Positions 10,747 to 21,276 of a stretch of 64,000 nt of DNA are shown piece by piece. The stretch is from positions 1 to 64,000 of the forward strand of contig MEDY01000275.1 of assembly GCA_001724265.1 (NCBI GenBank), in the 5' to 3' direction. The position numbers were made by a program, and so were the translations under genes. Every line of letters begins with the position of its first letter. Position 1 is the stretch's first letter. The stretch comes from Rhizaria sp. SCN 62-66 (lineage: Eukaryota). Under the pieces are notes generated by a model. That model saw only the letters and a program-made list of their open reading frames with translations. It ran no database searches and had not been told where the DNA came from.

Positions 10747-13700
10747 TCAGCCGTAGACGTAGATCGAGTTGCCGGAGGTCAGCATCTCGCCGCAGGCCTC
10801 CGTGCCGGCGACACGTTCGAGCGCGAGCGCGTCGCGGGGCGCGTAGAGCACGAGCGAGGAGTTCGTGGTCACAGCGGCGCGGTCGCCGCCGTCGAGCGCA
10901 ATGGCGTTGAGCATGTCTGCGTAGAAGTGGCTCAGCACGGGCAGCCCATACCACACTACGTTGCGGATCCCGCGCAGCGCGTAGCGGCGGAAGAAGTGGT
11001 AGCGCTCCGTCACGAGCAGGAACTTGACCTTGCCGGCGACGAAGCTCTGGCGCATGCGCGACAGCAGACGCGGGTCCGTAAACTCGCTTGCGGCCGCGAA
11101 CGACACGTACCGCTTCTTGAAGTGGTTGCGGATGCGCAGGAAGTCGAAATACGTCGGCACAAAGATAACCGTGCCGCCCTCGCCGCAGCTCTCCTTGATC
11201 TTGGGCCAGATGTCATTGATGAACCGGTTGAAGCGGTTCTCGTCGGCCACGTCGGCCGCGCCCAGGTCGTCTAGTCGCGAGAAGACGTGGCGCACCTTGG
11301 GCCGGATGCGGCCCAGCACGCCCGCGTACTCGGCGGGCCGCACGCGGTACCGGCCCTGGCGGTTCTCGCAGTACTGCCCCAGCAGGCCTTGCAGCTGCGC
11401 CGTCTGCACGTTGCCCAGCACAATCGTCTGGCGGTAGAAGCGCGCCAGCCCGTCAAGCGCCCAGGAGCGGACGCGCGCGAACTTGGCCTCACGCGCCTTC
11501 TGTGGCAGCGCGTTGAGCGACGCCAGCACGTCGGCCAGGTGCTGCGTGTTCTGCATCGCCAGTACGTGCGCAGAGTCGATGTAGCAGACCTCGATCGAGG
11601 ACAAGAAGTCGACGTCGCGCGCTGCAGGGTTGTCACCTTCGTTGCCCGTCAGCAGACGCAGGCCGAGCGGAGACGCGATGATCACGTCGGCCTTGTTCAG
11701 CGGCGCAAAGAACTTGACGCCTGTGTTGGAGAACGATAGGCCGAAGCGGAAGAGGTCGTCCGGGTTGCCGTTGAAGGTCGCCTTGAAGTCGGCTGGCCTG
11801 TGCTCGTTGAACTTGGTGTACTCGCCGTCGGCGTCGCCAAAGTCCTCCTCGAAGCGCGCCTTGTTGTACGTGCTGTAGCGCTGCTCCGGAGGCAGCAGCT
11901 GCAGCATGCGCTTGACGATGGCGTACGCCTGGCAACGCATCGGCGCGATGATGAGCACGCGCGCGGACGCGTAGCCCTGGTCGCGGAACCGGTCTGCGTC
12001 GTCCGTGCCGGCGCCAATTTTGCTGACGTCAGCGAGGGAGTCGGCAGCAGGCTCGCTCTTCCGAGACTTAGGCTTGGGGTTGAGTAGGTCGGCGTCGTTC
12101 GCGCCTCTTTCATCGCCCTCGTCGTCGTCGGCGCCCGGCGGCAGCGTGGCGGCGGGCAGCGCGAAGGACTCGGCCGACGCCGCGGCCATCGCGGCCATGC
12201 GCGCGGCAAACGCAGCGTCGGCGTCGGCACGAGCCAGCACCGCGCTGTCGCGGTTCTCCTTGCGGCGCCGGCGCTCGCGCTTGTTGAGCAGGATCTCCGC
12301 CGCTGCAGCGGCCTCCGCGGTCGCCTTTTTGACGTCCTCGTCGTCGCTGTCATCGTCAGAGTCATCATCATCATGATCATCGTCGTCGTCAGCGTTGTTC
12401 GCGGTCCTGGCGCGCTTGCTCTGCGGGCCCGCGGCGGCGCGCTTTTCCTCCTTCTCGGCCTTCTTGGCGGCCTTCTTGGCGGCGCGTGCGGCCTCGGCGG
12501 CCTCGGCTACGGTGCGCGCGCGGATGGCGACCTGCTCGCGCGCGCGCGCCTCAGCGGCGGCGACGGCCTGCGCCTTGCGGTCAGCGGCGTGCTTGTCCTC
12601 GAGCGCGGCGCGCTCGTCGAGCACCGCGTCGTGCAGCAGAACGGCGTCGCGCGCGCGGAACACGTGGTTCAGGCAGTGCGCGAGCACCACATCGCGCGCG
12701 GCCGCCTCCGCCGCGGGCGTCGCCCAGGGCGTCGCGTGGGTCCACTGCACGTCGGCGTACGACGAGCACAGTAGCGCCAGCAGCGCCTGCGCGCCCTCGC
12801 GCCACCCCGCAGGCGCCGGCGCGGGCGCCTGCTGCGACCCCTTGCCCTTGCCCTTGCCCTTGCCCTTGCCCTTGCCCTTGCCCTTGCCCTTGCCCTTTGC
12901 ATCCTTGGCGGCGCCGCCGGCCGGGGCCGCGGGGGCGAAAAGGCGCTTGCGGACCCAGTGCGCGACGAGCCGCTTGCGATAGCCCAGTGCATCGAACGGC
13001 ACCATCGGCACCGCGGCCGTCGTCTCGCTCCCTTCCGCGTCACCGGGGCCGGCATCGACTAGCGGGCCCGGCAGCGGCGGCAGCAGTGGGCGGCGCACGG
13101 CGGGCGCGTCCGTGGTGACCGAGAACTGCGCCGCCAAGGGTGCCAGCAGCGACGCCGGCCATACCGCACTGCCACTGCCGCTGCCGCTGCTGCTGCTGAT
13201 GCCGGTGCTCTTGGCGGCCTTGGCGCGGGCCTCAGCGGCGCGGGCAGCGGCCTCGCTCGCCGCCGCGGCCGCCGCACTCGCCGCCTCGGTCGCGGCCGCA
13301 GCCTTCTTGCCGCCGGCGCTCTTTTTGGCGTCTGAGATGGCCTGGCGCGCGGCGTCGGCGGCCGCGGCGGCCTCGGCCTCGGCCTCGAGCAGCTCCACGG
13401 CCTGCTCGGCCAGGTCGTCCAGGTCCACGCGCACGAATGGCCGCGCCACCGCCCCTGCCCCGACCGCGGCGTTGTCGGCGGCGGCCTTTTTGCGCGAGCT
13501 GAAGCCGAAGCGCTTCGAGGACGGCAGCGCAAAGGCCGAGGCGCCTGTCAGCAGCGCGGCCTCGCGGGCGCTGGGCGCGCGGTTCCAGTGGCGCGCGTAC
13601 GCGTCCGCGGGCAGCGGCGCCGGGCGCGGGGGCGGCAGCGCGACGAGCTTGGCGCGCTCCGCATCGGTCAGGTCCTTGGTCTCTGCGGTGTTGGCGGCGG

Positions 13701-14619
13701 TGCCCGCGCCGCGGCCCGTCTGCTGCTGCAGCGTGCGCAGCTCCCACAGCATCACGGGGTCCGACTCGAGCAGCTGCGCGTCCCAGGCGCCGTCGCGGCC
13801 GCGGCCGTGCGCGCTGGCGCGGTCCTCATCGCGCGCCGCCTCCTTGGCCTCGGCCTTGGCGCGCTGGGCGCGGGTAAGCAGCGCGCCCGTGGGCCCGTCG
13901 TCGTCCTCATCCTCATCCTCATCCTCGTTGTCCTCCTCGTCGTCCTCGTCGCCCTCGCCGTAGAACTGGCCCATCTCGTCCTCGTCCACGTCGTCGACGT
14001 CGCCTTCACCGTCATCACCCTCGTAAAAGTCGCCCTCGAGCATGTCGCCCTCGTCGTCGCCCTCCATGAGGTCGCCCTCCTCGCCCTCATCATAGCCGTA
14101 CGCGTCGTCGCCTTCGCCGAAGGGAACGTCGCCCTCGGAGATCAGGAACTCGTTGACGCCAGGGAACTTGTTCATCGGCATGTAGTACTTCTCGTCGTCG
14201 CTGTCGTCGTCGTTCTGCGTCTTCTTCGCGCTCTTCGTGGCCGGCGCGGCGCCCTTCTTGGACGCAGGGACGACGGCCTTAGTGCTGGAGCGCTTACCGG
14301 GAAGAGGCACATCGTCGACGCCAACTTCGTCATCGTCCTCATCCTCGTCCTCGTCCTCGTCTTCGTCCTCGTCATCATCCTCGTCGTCGTGCGCATTGCC
14401 ATCGTCATCGTCTTCGTCCTCCTGGTCTTCGTCTTCGTTGTCGTGGCGAAAGTCGCCGAGCTTCTCCTTGGCCGAGCGCTTGGCGAGCGCTGCGTACTTG
14501 GCGACGAGCGAGCCCTTAGCCGGCGCTGCGGCGGCGGCGGCAGACCCGGAGCCTGAGGCGGCGGACCCGGCCTTGGAGAAGGATAGGGTCTTAAGGAGCT
14601 TGTTGTACGCAGAGGACAT
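10747..14619 (-). CDS. UTP25: U3 snoRNA-associated protein 25 (UTP25/DIEXF) with large low-complexity insertions, 1290 aa
   Basis: Motifs HCLNHV, RFRDQGY..RVLII.P.R, FNGNPDDLFRFG, ADVIIASPLGLR, DFLSSIE, MQN.QH, IFVPTYFDF.R.RN, LLVTERYHFFRRY..RG. Acidic N-terminus. Stop TGA. Confidence 0.92.
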   Translation of the reverse strand: MSSAYNKLLKTLSFSKAGSAASGSGSAAAAAAPAKGSLVAKYAALAKRSAKEKLGDFRHDNEDEDQEDEDDDDGNAHDDEDDDEDEDEDEDEDEDDDEVGVDDVPLPGKRSSTKAVVPASKKGAAPATKSAKKTQNDDDSDDEKYYMPMNKFPGVNEFLISEGDVPFGEGDDAYGYDEGEEGDLMEGDDEGDMLEGDFYEGDDGEGDVDDVDEDEMGQFYGEGDEDDEEDNEDEDEDEDDDGPTGALLTRAQRAKAEAKEAARDEDRASAHGRGRDGAWDAQLLESDPVMLWELRTLQQQTGRGAGTAANTAETKDLTDAERAKLVALPPPRPAPLPADAYARHWNRAPSAREAALLTGASAFALPSSKRFGFSSRKKAAADNAAVGAGAVARPFVRVDLDDLAEQAVELLEAEAEAAAAADAARQAISDAKKSAGGKKAAAATEAASAAAAAASEAAARAAEARAKAAKSTGISSSSGSGSGSAVWPASLLAPLAAQFSVTTDAPAVRRPLLPPLPGPLVDAGPGDAEGSETTAAVPMVPFDALGYRKRLVAHWVRKRLFAPAAPAGGAAKDAKGKGKGKGKGKGKGKGKGKGSQQAPAPAPAGWREGAQALLALLCSSYADVQWTHATPWATPAAEAAARDVVLAHCLNHVFRARDAVLLHDAVLDERAALEDKHAADRKAQAVAAAEARAREQVAIRARTVAEAAEAARAAKKAAKKAEKEEKRAAAGPQSKRARTANNADDDDDHDDDDSDDDSDDEDVKKATAEAAAAAEILLNKRERRRRKENRDSAVLARADADAAFAARMAAMAAASAESFALPAATLPPGADDDEGDERGANDADLLNPKPKSRKSEPAADSLADVSKIGAGTDDADRFRDQGYASARVLIIAPMRCQAYAIVKRMLQLLPPEQRYSTYNKARFEEDFGDADGEYTKFNEHRPADFKATFNGNPDDLFRFGLSFSNTGVKFFAPLNKADVIIASPLGLRLLTGNEGDNPAARDVDFLSSIEVCYIDSAHVLAMQNTQHLADVLASLNALPQKAREAKFARVRSWALDGLARFYRQTIVLGNVQTAQLQGLLGQYCENRQGRYRVRPAEYAGVLGRIRPKVRHVFSRLDDLGAADVADENRFNRFINDIWPKIKESCGEGGTVIFVPTYFDFLRIRNHFKKRYVSFAAASEFTDPRLLSRMRQSFVAGKVKFLLVTERYHFFRRYALRGIRNVVWYGLPVLSHFYADMLNAIALDGGDRAAVTTNSSLVLYAPRDALALERVAGTEACGEMLTSGNSIYVYG
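12839..12892. repeat. (CCCTTG)9 hexamer repeat encoding a (KG)n tract in UTP25
   Basis: Perfect tandem hexamers; the minus strand translates to KGKGKGKG. Confidence 0.9.
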
Positions 14620-15178
14620 GGTCGCAGTGCGTACACCAACGGGAGAAGGGAAGCAGGAAGAAAGAAAGAAGTGGGGAAGCGCTGCCTAGTGGGGGAGCGC
14701 AGAGTTGGGTAGGAGAGGTGTGTGGCTATGGTGGAGGGGAGAAAAAAGCGGCGGCAAAGTGGGTTTTGAGTCTTTGAAGAAGAATGAGAATTAAAACAAA
14801 GCATAAAACAGCCAATAAAATATCAGAGTGTCTATAATATATGCACTGACGGAGGTGTAGCGGCTGCTGAACCCCGATTGCGCACGGCCACAGACAGGTT
14901 CCACTGCCGACTCGACGGGAGCGGCGGTCGACCACGACGAGCGGGATCGTTTCATCGCGAATGCACCGCTGACAATATGTGGATTATTGGATACCAAGAG
15001 GTCATTTAAGGGAGGAAACAAACGCGAATTCATGTCAACATCGAGTGATGCATACCCTCACAAAACTTATCATTTTCATCCCTTCTCGTTTTTATGCGCT
15101 TTTCGCGCTAAATTGTTGATTCAGCGAACGCACCTCAAAAAGGCTTAACGGGAGACGCCAAAGTCCCGTTTTTCGTGA

Positions 15179-18100
15179 ATGAGTGATCCCAGTCGTTCAA
15201 TCCAGTCTGATATCATGGACAATTGGGGGGACTTCCAGCCTGGTACGTTGTTTGTACGACATTCCACTCGCAATAATGCAGTGATTTGATCGCCGAAAGC
15301 CCTGTTCGAACAATCGGTGCACCCTTCCCGCGTGTCAAAATGCATCCAGTTACAGCCAGTTTCAAGACCTTGCGCCTGACTAGCTCTCTCCAACTCCATC
15401 CTTGGCCATTTATTTTATTAACCTAGACGCCCTCGGAGGCTACCGCACGGATTTCCTCAACGATTCGATCCCCGAACTCGGCGGCGGCGACCACGCGCTG
15501 CTGCCCGCACTTCCGGACCCACGTCAACACGAGCTCATGCCTCTGCCCGTCTCAACCATCAAACCCTGGGCGTCGGTCGCCGTCATGGCCGCCGCAAGTC
15601 TCTCCCCTCCGCTCACGTACGGCTACCCTGAGCGCGGCGGACTTGCGTACAGCTCCACTGACGCGTCCCGCTCTCCGCAGCTCTCATCTTCACGTGCACG
15701 CTACAACTCCGTCGCGTTCTCCGCTTCCGGCGCTGTCCCCCCGCTCGACCTCTCTCCGGCGCTCGGCGTCCGCGCCCCCGCCCCCGCCGGCGCCGCGCAG
15801 GTCTTCCCCGTGCCGCCCTTCGCCCTCGGCGGGTCTCAGACCGCCGGCGCCGCCGCGACGCCCGTTCCCACCACAAAAGGAAATGCCAACGGCGCCGCGC
15901 CCGCCGGCGCCGCTTCGGGGGCCTACGCCTACGGCGGCTACGGCCCCGCGACGTACTCGCAGTCCTCCCCGATCCCCGGCGCTGCTGGCGCTGCCACCTC
16001 CGCCGCCGCCGCCGCCGCTGCCACTGGCTCTGGCTCTGGATCTGCAGGCGCGCCGCTGCAGCCGCAATCGCTGGCCGCCGCCGGGCGCGCCGCCACCACC
16101 GGTGCGATTCCCTCCTCCTCTGCGGCCAGCAGCAGTAGCTCTGCCGCCGCTCCCGCCACGGCTGCTTCGACCGCAGCTGCGCCGTCGACGACAACGACGA
16201 CGACCGGGGGCACGACCAACAAACGCAAGCGGCCGGCCCCCGCCGCGGCTGCCGCTGCCGCCGCTGCCGCCGCCGCCACGACGACTGCGGCCGCCCCTGC
16301 TGCCGCCGCCGCCGCCAACAGCAGCAGCAACACCGCTACTGCCACTTCTGCTGCAGCGACGGCGACGGCGGCTGCGGCTGCGAGCTCTTCCAGCAACGCC
16401 GCCGCTGCGCCTAGAGCGGCTGCTGCTGCCGCCGCCGCCACCGCAGCTGTCTCGGCCGCTGCTACAGCTGCCGCCTCCACCGCCGCTGCTGCCGCTGCTG
16501 CCCAGGCCCAGGAGGCCCAGGTCCAGGCCCAGGCGCAGGCGCAGGCCCAATACCAGGCCCAATTCCAGGCCCAATACCAGGCCCAGTATCAGGCGCAATA
16601 CCAGGCACAAGCTCAGGCACAAGCCCAGGCCGCCGCCGCCGCTGCCGCCCCCGGCGCGCCCGGTGCGCCCGGTGCGGGTGGGGGGTATTACCTGCCCGTG
16701 TCAGCGCCTGTGCGCTCCTACACTGCGCCAGCCGGCGCCCCTGGCTCCGCCGCCGCGGCCACTGTGCCCGCCGCGCCCGCGCCCGCGTCTGCGGCTGCGG
16801 GCGCCGCCGCGACTGCTGCCACCGCCGCGGCCGGGAGCGCCCAGTACCCCTACCAGTACGCGGCGTACACGAACGGCGCATACGTCAACGGCGCCTACAG
16901 CAGCGGCGCCTACGCCAATGGCTATCCGTACGCCACCGGCGCCGCTATACCTGCGACTGCGCCAGCCGTCCCGTCTGCTGCTTCTGCGGCGTCGACCGCC
17001 GCGACCGCCTCGACTGCGCCTGCCTCCGCTGCGGTGCCTGCGGCCACCGTGGGTGCCGGTGCAGCCGCTCCGGGCACCGCGAGCACGGGCGTGTCGGTCC
17101 CGTCGTCGCCGTCGGACTCGAATCCTGCCTCGGCGCCCACCACGCCCGAGCAGCAGCGTCTTGCCGCCACCACCACCGCCGCCGCCGCGGCAGCCGCGGC
17201 AGCCGCAGCCACCACGGCCGCCGCCCCTGGCACTGCGGCTGCGACCTCTAGAGCTGTCCCGACCGACCCGGCCGCGGCCGCTGCTGCCGCTGCTGCCGCG
17301 GCCGCTGCGGCGACGGCGCCGGTGCCTATGTCTGCGGCGGCGGCGCCGGGCAGCACGGGGTCGTTCCTCAACTACCCGATCCCGCCGCAGCTGCAGCAGA
17401 TGGCGGCGGCGCTTGTGGCGGGCCACCGCGCGCAGGGCCAGGAGGGCCAGATTCAGTTCCTAGTCTGTCCCGTCGCCACTACCTGCCAGTGCGCGCTCAA
17501 GCACGGCGGACTCGTCTTCACCGTCGCCGCCACCGGACAGTCGCATATTTATAACACTGCGGCGCTGCTCCAGCAGCAGCAGCTTCAGCAGCAACAGCTG
17601 CAGCAACAGCAGCAGCAGCAGTCGGCTGCGGCGCCGGCTGTGGCGACGGCGCCGGTGACCGGCGCCGATGGCAGCGCGAGCGCGGCGGCTGCGGCGACAG
17701 TGACTGCGGCTGCGGCGGCATTGCCCGCTGCTGCTGCTGCGGCCGCACCCGCCACCACATCAGCGACGGCGCCCGTGGCGGCGCCTGCGACGACGACGAC
17801 GGCGACGGCGGCCGCGGGCACCGAGGCCGCCGCCGCTGCCGCCGCCGCCGCCGCCGCACAGGCCCAGGCCCAGGCACAGGCGCAGGCACAATACCAATAC
17901 GAGTACCAGCAGCAGTACCAGTACCAACTACAGCTGGCTCAACAGGCACAGGCGCAAGCGCAAGCGCAGGCGCAGGCCCAGTATCAGGCGCAATACCAGG
18001 CCCAGGCCCAGGCCCAGGCCCAGGCCCAGGCCCAGGCCCAGGCCCAGGCGGCCGCCGCTGCGTCCGCGGCCGCCGCTGTGGCCGCCCCGGTGCCCGCGCC

Positions 18101-18647
18101 TGCGCCCGCGCCCGCGTCGGTGTCCCCCATGTCCGACGCCACGGTCCCGAGCGTCGCAACCTCCTCTTCGACCCCGGCCCCCGAGCCCGTGGCCGCGGTG
18201 GCGGCTGCGGACAGCGCCGCCGCTGCGACGGATAGTGCCGTTCCTGCCCCTGCGGTGGACGCATACGCCCCGGCCGCTGTCTACGCCGCCGCTGTCCCCG
18301 CGGCCGCGCCGACTGACTCCGCGGCCCAGACTCCGACTGCTTCTGCCACTCTCACGGCCGCGGTTGCTGAGGCTGACGCGGATGTCGAGATTGACGCTGA
18401 GGCCACCACCTCTGCCGCCGCCGCCGTGTCGGCCAACCCCAAGCGCCGCCGCGTCGCCCCCGTGCGCGGCGCGCTGCCGGCGAGCGCTGCGGCGGCCGAA
18501 GGCGCTGCGGAGGCCGCGGAGGGCGAGGTAGACCTCGCCCTCGCGCTCCCGCTGTCCGCCGCGGCCGTCAGCGGCAGTGGCAGTGGCAGTGCGGGCGAGG
18601 GCGCGACCGTCGCGGGGGGACGCAGGACGGCAGCGAAGCGCGCGTAA
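15179..18647 (+). CDS. Orphan Ala/Gln/Tyr-rich low-complexity protein with NLS-like basic patches, 2 exons, ~1094 aa
   Basis: Exon 1 15179-15242 (MSDPSRSIQSDIMDNWGDFQP), intron GTACGT...CCTAG, exon 2 15427-18647 in matching phase. QAQY repeats, polyA and polyQ tracts, KRKR and PKRRR. Stop TAA. Confidence 0.75.
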
Positions 18648-20292
18648 GCAGCTCCATTAAAGCATATGACACGCGCAGAATATCAGATAAGAACATTTCA
18701 CTGCATTGCTAGTCTCAGAACGGTGTGAATGCGATCCGATTTGTTGTGGAACAAGTCGCTTTTAGTAGCTACTAAAACACAACTCGTTGTGAGAAACACA
18801 CCAAAGGCTATAGCTAATATCAAAAGTATTTATTTCTGGCTTTGCATCCATCTTCCGCCACTGTGTTAACCACTGTGCCTGTATACGTCCCACATCTATT
18901 TCTCTTCCTACGTCCTTGTTTACTAGTTTACATTTCTCGTTTGTTTTTATACCATCCTGTAAATTTGCTTGTTTATCACGCTTCATATACGTAGTCTTCT
19001 TAATCTAGTTGTCAGTACGATACGTTTTTTTTTTTCTTCACAAGAATAGCTACATCACGACAAAGCCCAGCATCGCTGTGCTTCGACCGCGAATGGGGGC
19101 ACTTAAACTGCCCTAGTGCGCCCGCACAGCGCTCTGCATACGCTGCTCTGTACCTCCACACTGTACTGCAGCGCTTCTATCAATCATAACAACACTTCTT
19201 CCTAACTTTAGCACGGAATTTCAACACGCTGCTTTTCAGCAGTTGGTCCTACAGCAAATTGCAACAGGGTCGGTGGGCAATGACTTGTATTTATCACTGC
19301 TTGCTACCAATTTTGCTTTGCTTTGCTAGAAAATTTGTTCTGGTTCAGTTGTTACAATTGCAGTCACCGTCGCATGTTAAGCTGTTTGATACTTGCTTCT
19401 CTTTTACGAATTACAGTTTAGACGTTTAACTCTGAACGTTTTTCGTTGTTCGTTTCTTATGTTCGTTTTCGTCCGCTTGACGTACATTCTATTATATTAC
19501 ACAATCATATTATGTTTGTGTGTTTTGAGTTAAGCACGCCTTATTCTTTTTCTTTTTCGTTTTTCGTTTTACTGCAATGATGATTGTAGCGTTGCCGGAC
19601 GTTTTTCGGGCACTGCAACTCTGTTTAATACAAGTGATATGTGATATTACGACTACCAAGGCAACAAGTAAAGCTAATATGCCTGTACATGTATTCAAAG
19701 AACACCTGTATTATCAACCATAAATTTCAGTATTAACAACACGAGTGTAAAACAAGCAAGCAGGTGTCAACTTAACAGAAGAAGATCAGGTTCCAATACA
19801 ATGGACATGTATTAGGAGTATTTTAAGAGATAACCTTTAGTTATGTTGTAGGTTGATCTGTATCAAATAGCTGTCTTTTGGTCATAGTTGTTGGTGTCAT
19901 CGGGGGGGAAGCCGTGGCAGTGGTGACAGACAAACACACGTAGTACAAAGAGCGCAAACGTGTGTGGTCTTTGCACTGTCACGGCACAATTATCATCATC
20001 ATCGTTCTCAAAAATCCTACATACTCGTATTCACACTTCGTCACACTCTCACGAACGCGAGAGAATAGAGACAAAATGGTAGTCGATCGAAGAATTGAAC
20101 GTGAACGTATCGCTCATCATACACAAACTTGAGCGGAATATAAAAACAAAAATGCGTCAAGTTGAATAAAATAGTTGTGTCTTGCTACTCCAAACAATCA
20201 CAGTTTCATCATAGCAAACACTTTGCGTTCAGCACCCACAGCGTAGCGCTTTCACACGCATCATTGGAGCATTGCTGGGACCGAAGTCGCAC

Positions 20293-21244
20293 TTACTCAA
20301 GCGAGTTGTACGACTCGATGGGCGGGCACGAGCACACGACGTTGCGGTCGCCGAAGACGTTGTCGAGGCGGCCAACGGTGGGCCAGTACTTGTTGGTGCG
20401 GAGATACTCCTTGGGGTAGGCGGCCTGCTCGCGGGGGTAGGGGAAGGACCACGAGTCGCTGAGGCACACGTCAGCGGTGTGGGGCGCGTTCTTGAGCACG
20501 TTGTTCTCCTTGTCGACCTTGCCGGCCTCGACGGCGGCGATCTCGGCGCGGATCGTGATGAGCGCGTCGACGAAGCGGTCCAGCTCGTACTTGCTCTCCG
20601 ACTCGGTGGGCTCGATCATGAGCGTGCCGGGGACAGGGAAGGACATGGTGGGGGCGTGGAAGTTGAAGTCCATGAGGCGCTTGGCGATGTCCTCCTCGGA
20701 GATGCCCGACGCGGCCTTGATGTCGCGGATGTCGAGGATGAACTCGTGCGCGCAGCGGCCGTTCTTGCCGACGAAGAGCACGGGGTAGTGGTCCTTGAGC
20801 TTGTTCATCATGTAGTTGGCGTTGAGGATCGCCATTTCGGTCGACGCGCGCAGGCCCTCAGAGCCCATCATGCGGATGTACATCCACGGGATCGGCAGGA
20901 TCGACGGGGAGCCGAACGGGGACGCCGACACGGCGCGGCCCGCGGTGGTGTTGTTGATGGCCAGGGCGTTGGCTCCAGCGCTCACGGCGGCGGGCTTGGC
21001 AGGGGCCGCGGCCGGGGTGGCGGCCGGGATGGGAAGGTAGTTGGCGGTAGGCGTGTTGGGGGTCACCACGGGCGCGATGGGCTGCGCCGCGTCGGCCTGG
21101 AAGACGTGGCCCGGGAGGAAGGCCGCAAGGTGCTTGCGCACGCAGATGGGGCCGACACCGGGGCCGCCGCCACCGTGGGGGATGCAGAAGGTCTTGTGGA
21201 GGTTGAGGTGGCAGACGTCGGCGCCGATGTCGCCGGGAGAGGTG

Positions 21245-21276
<32 letters not shown>

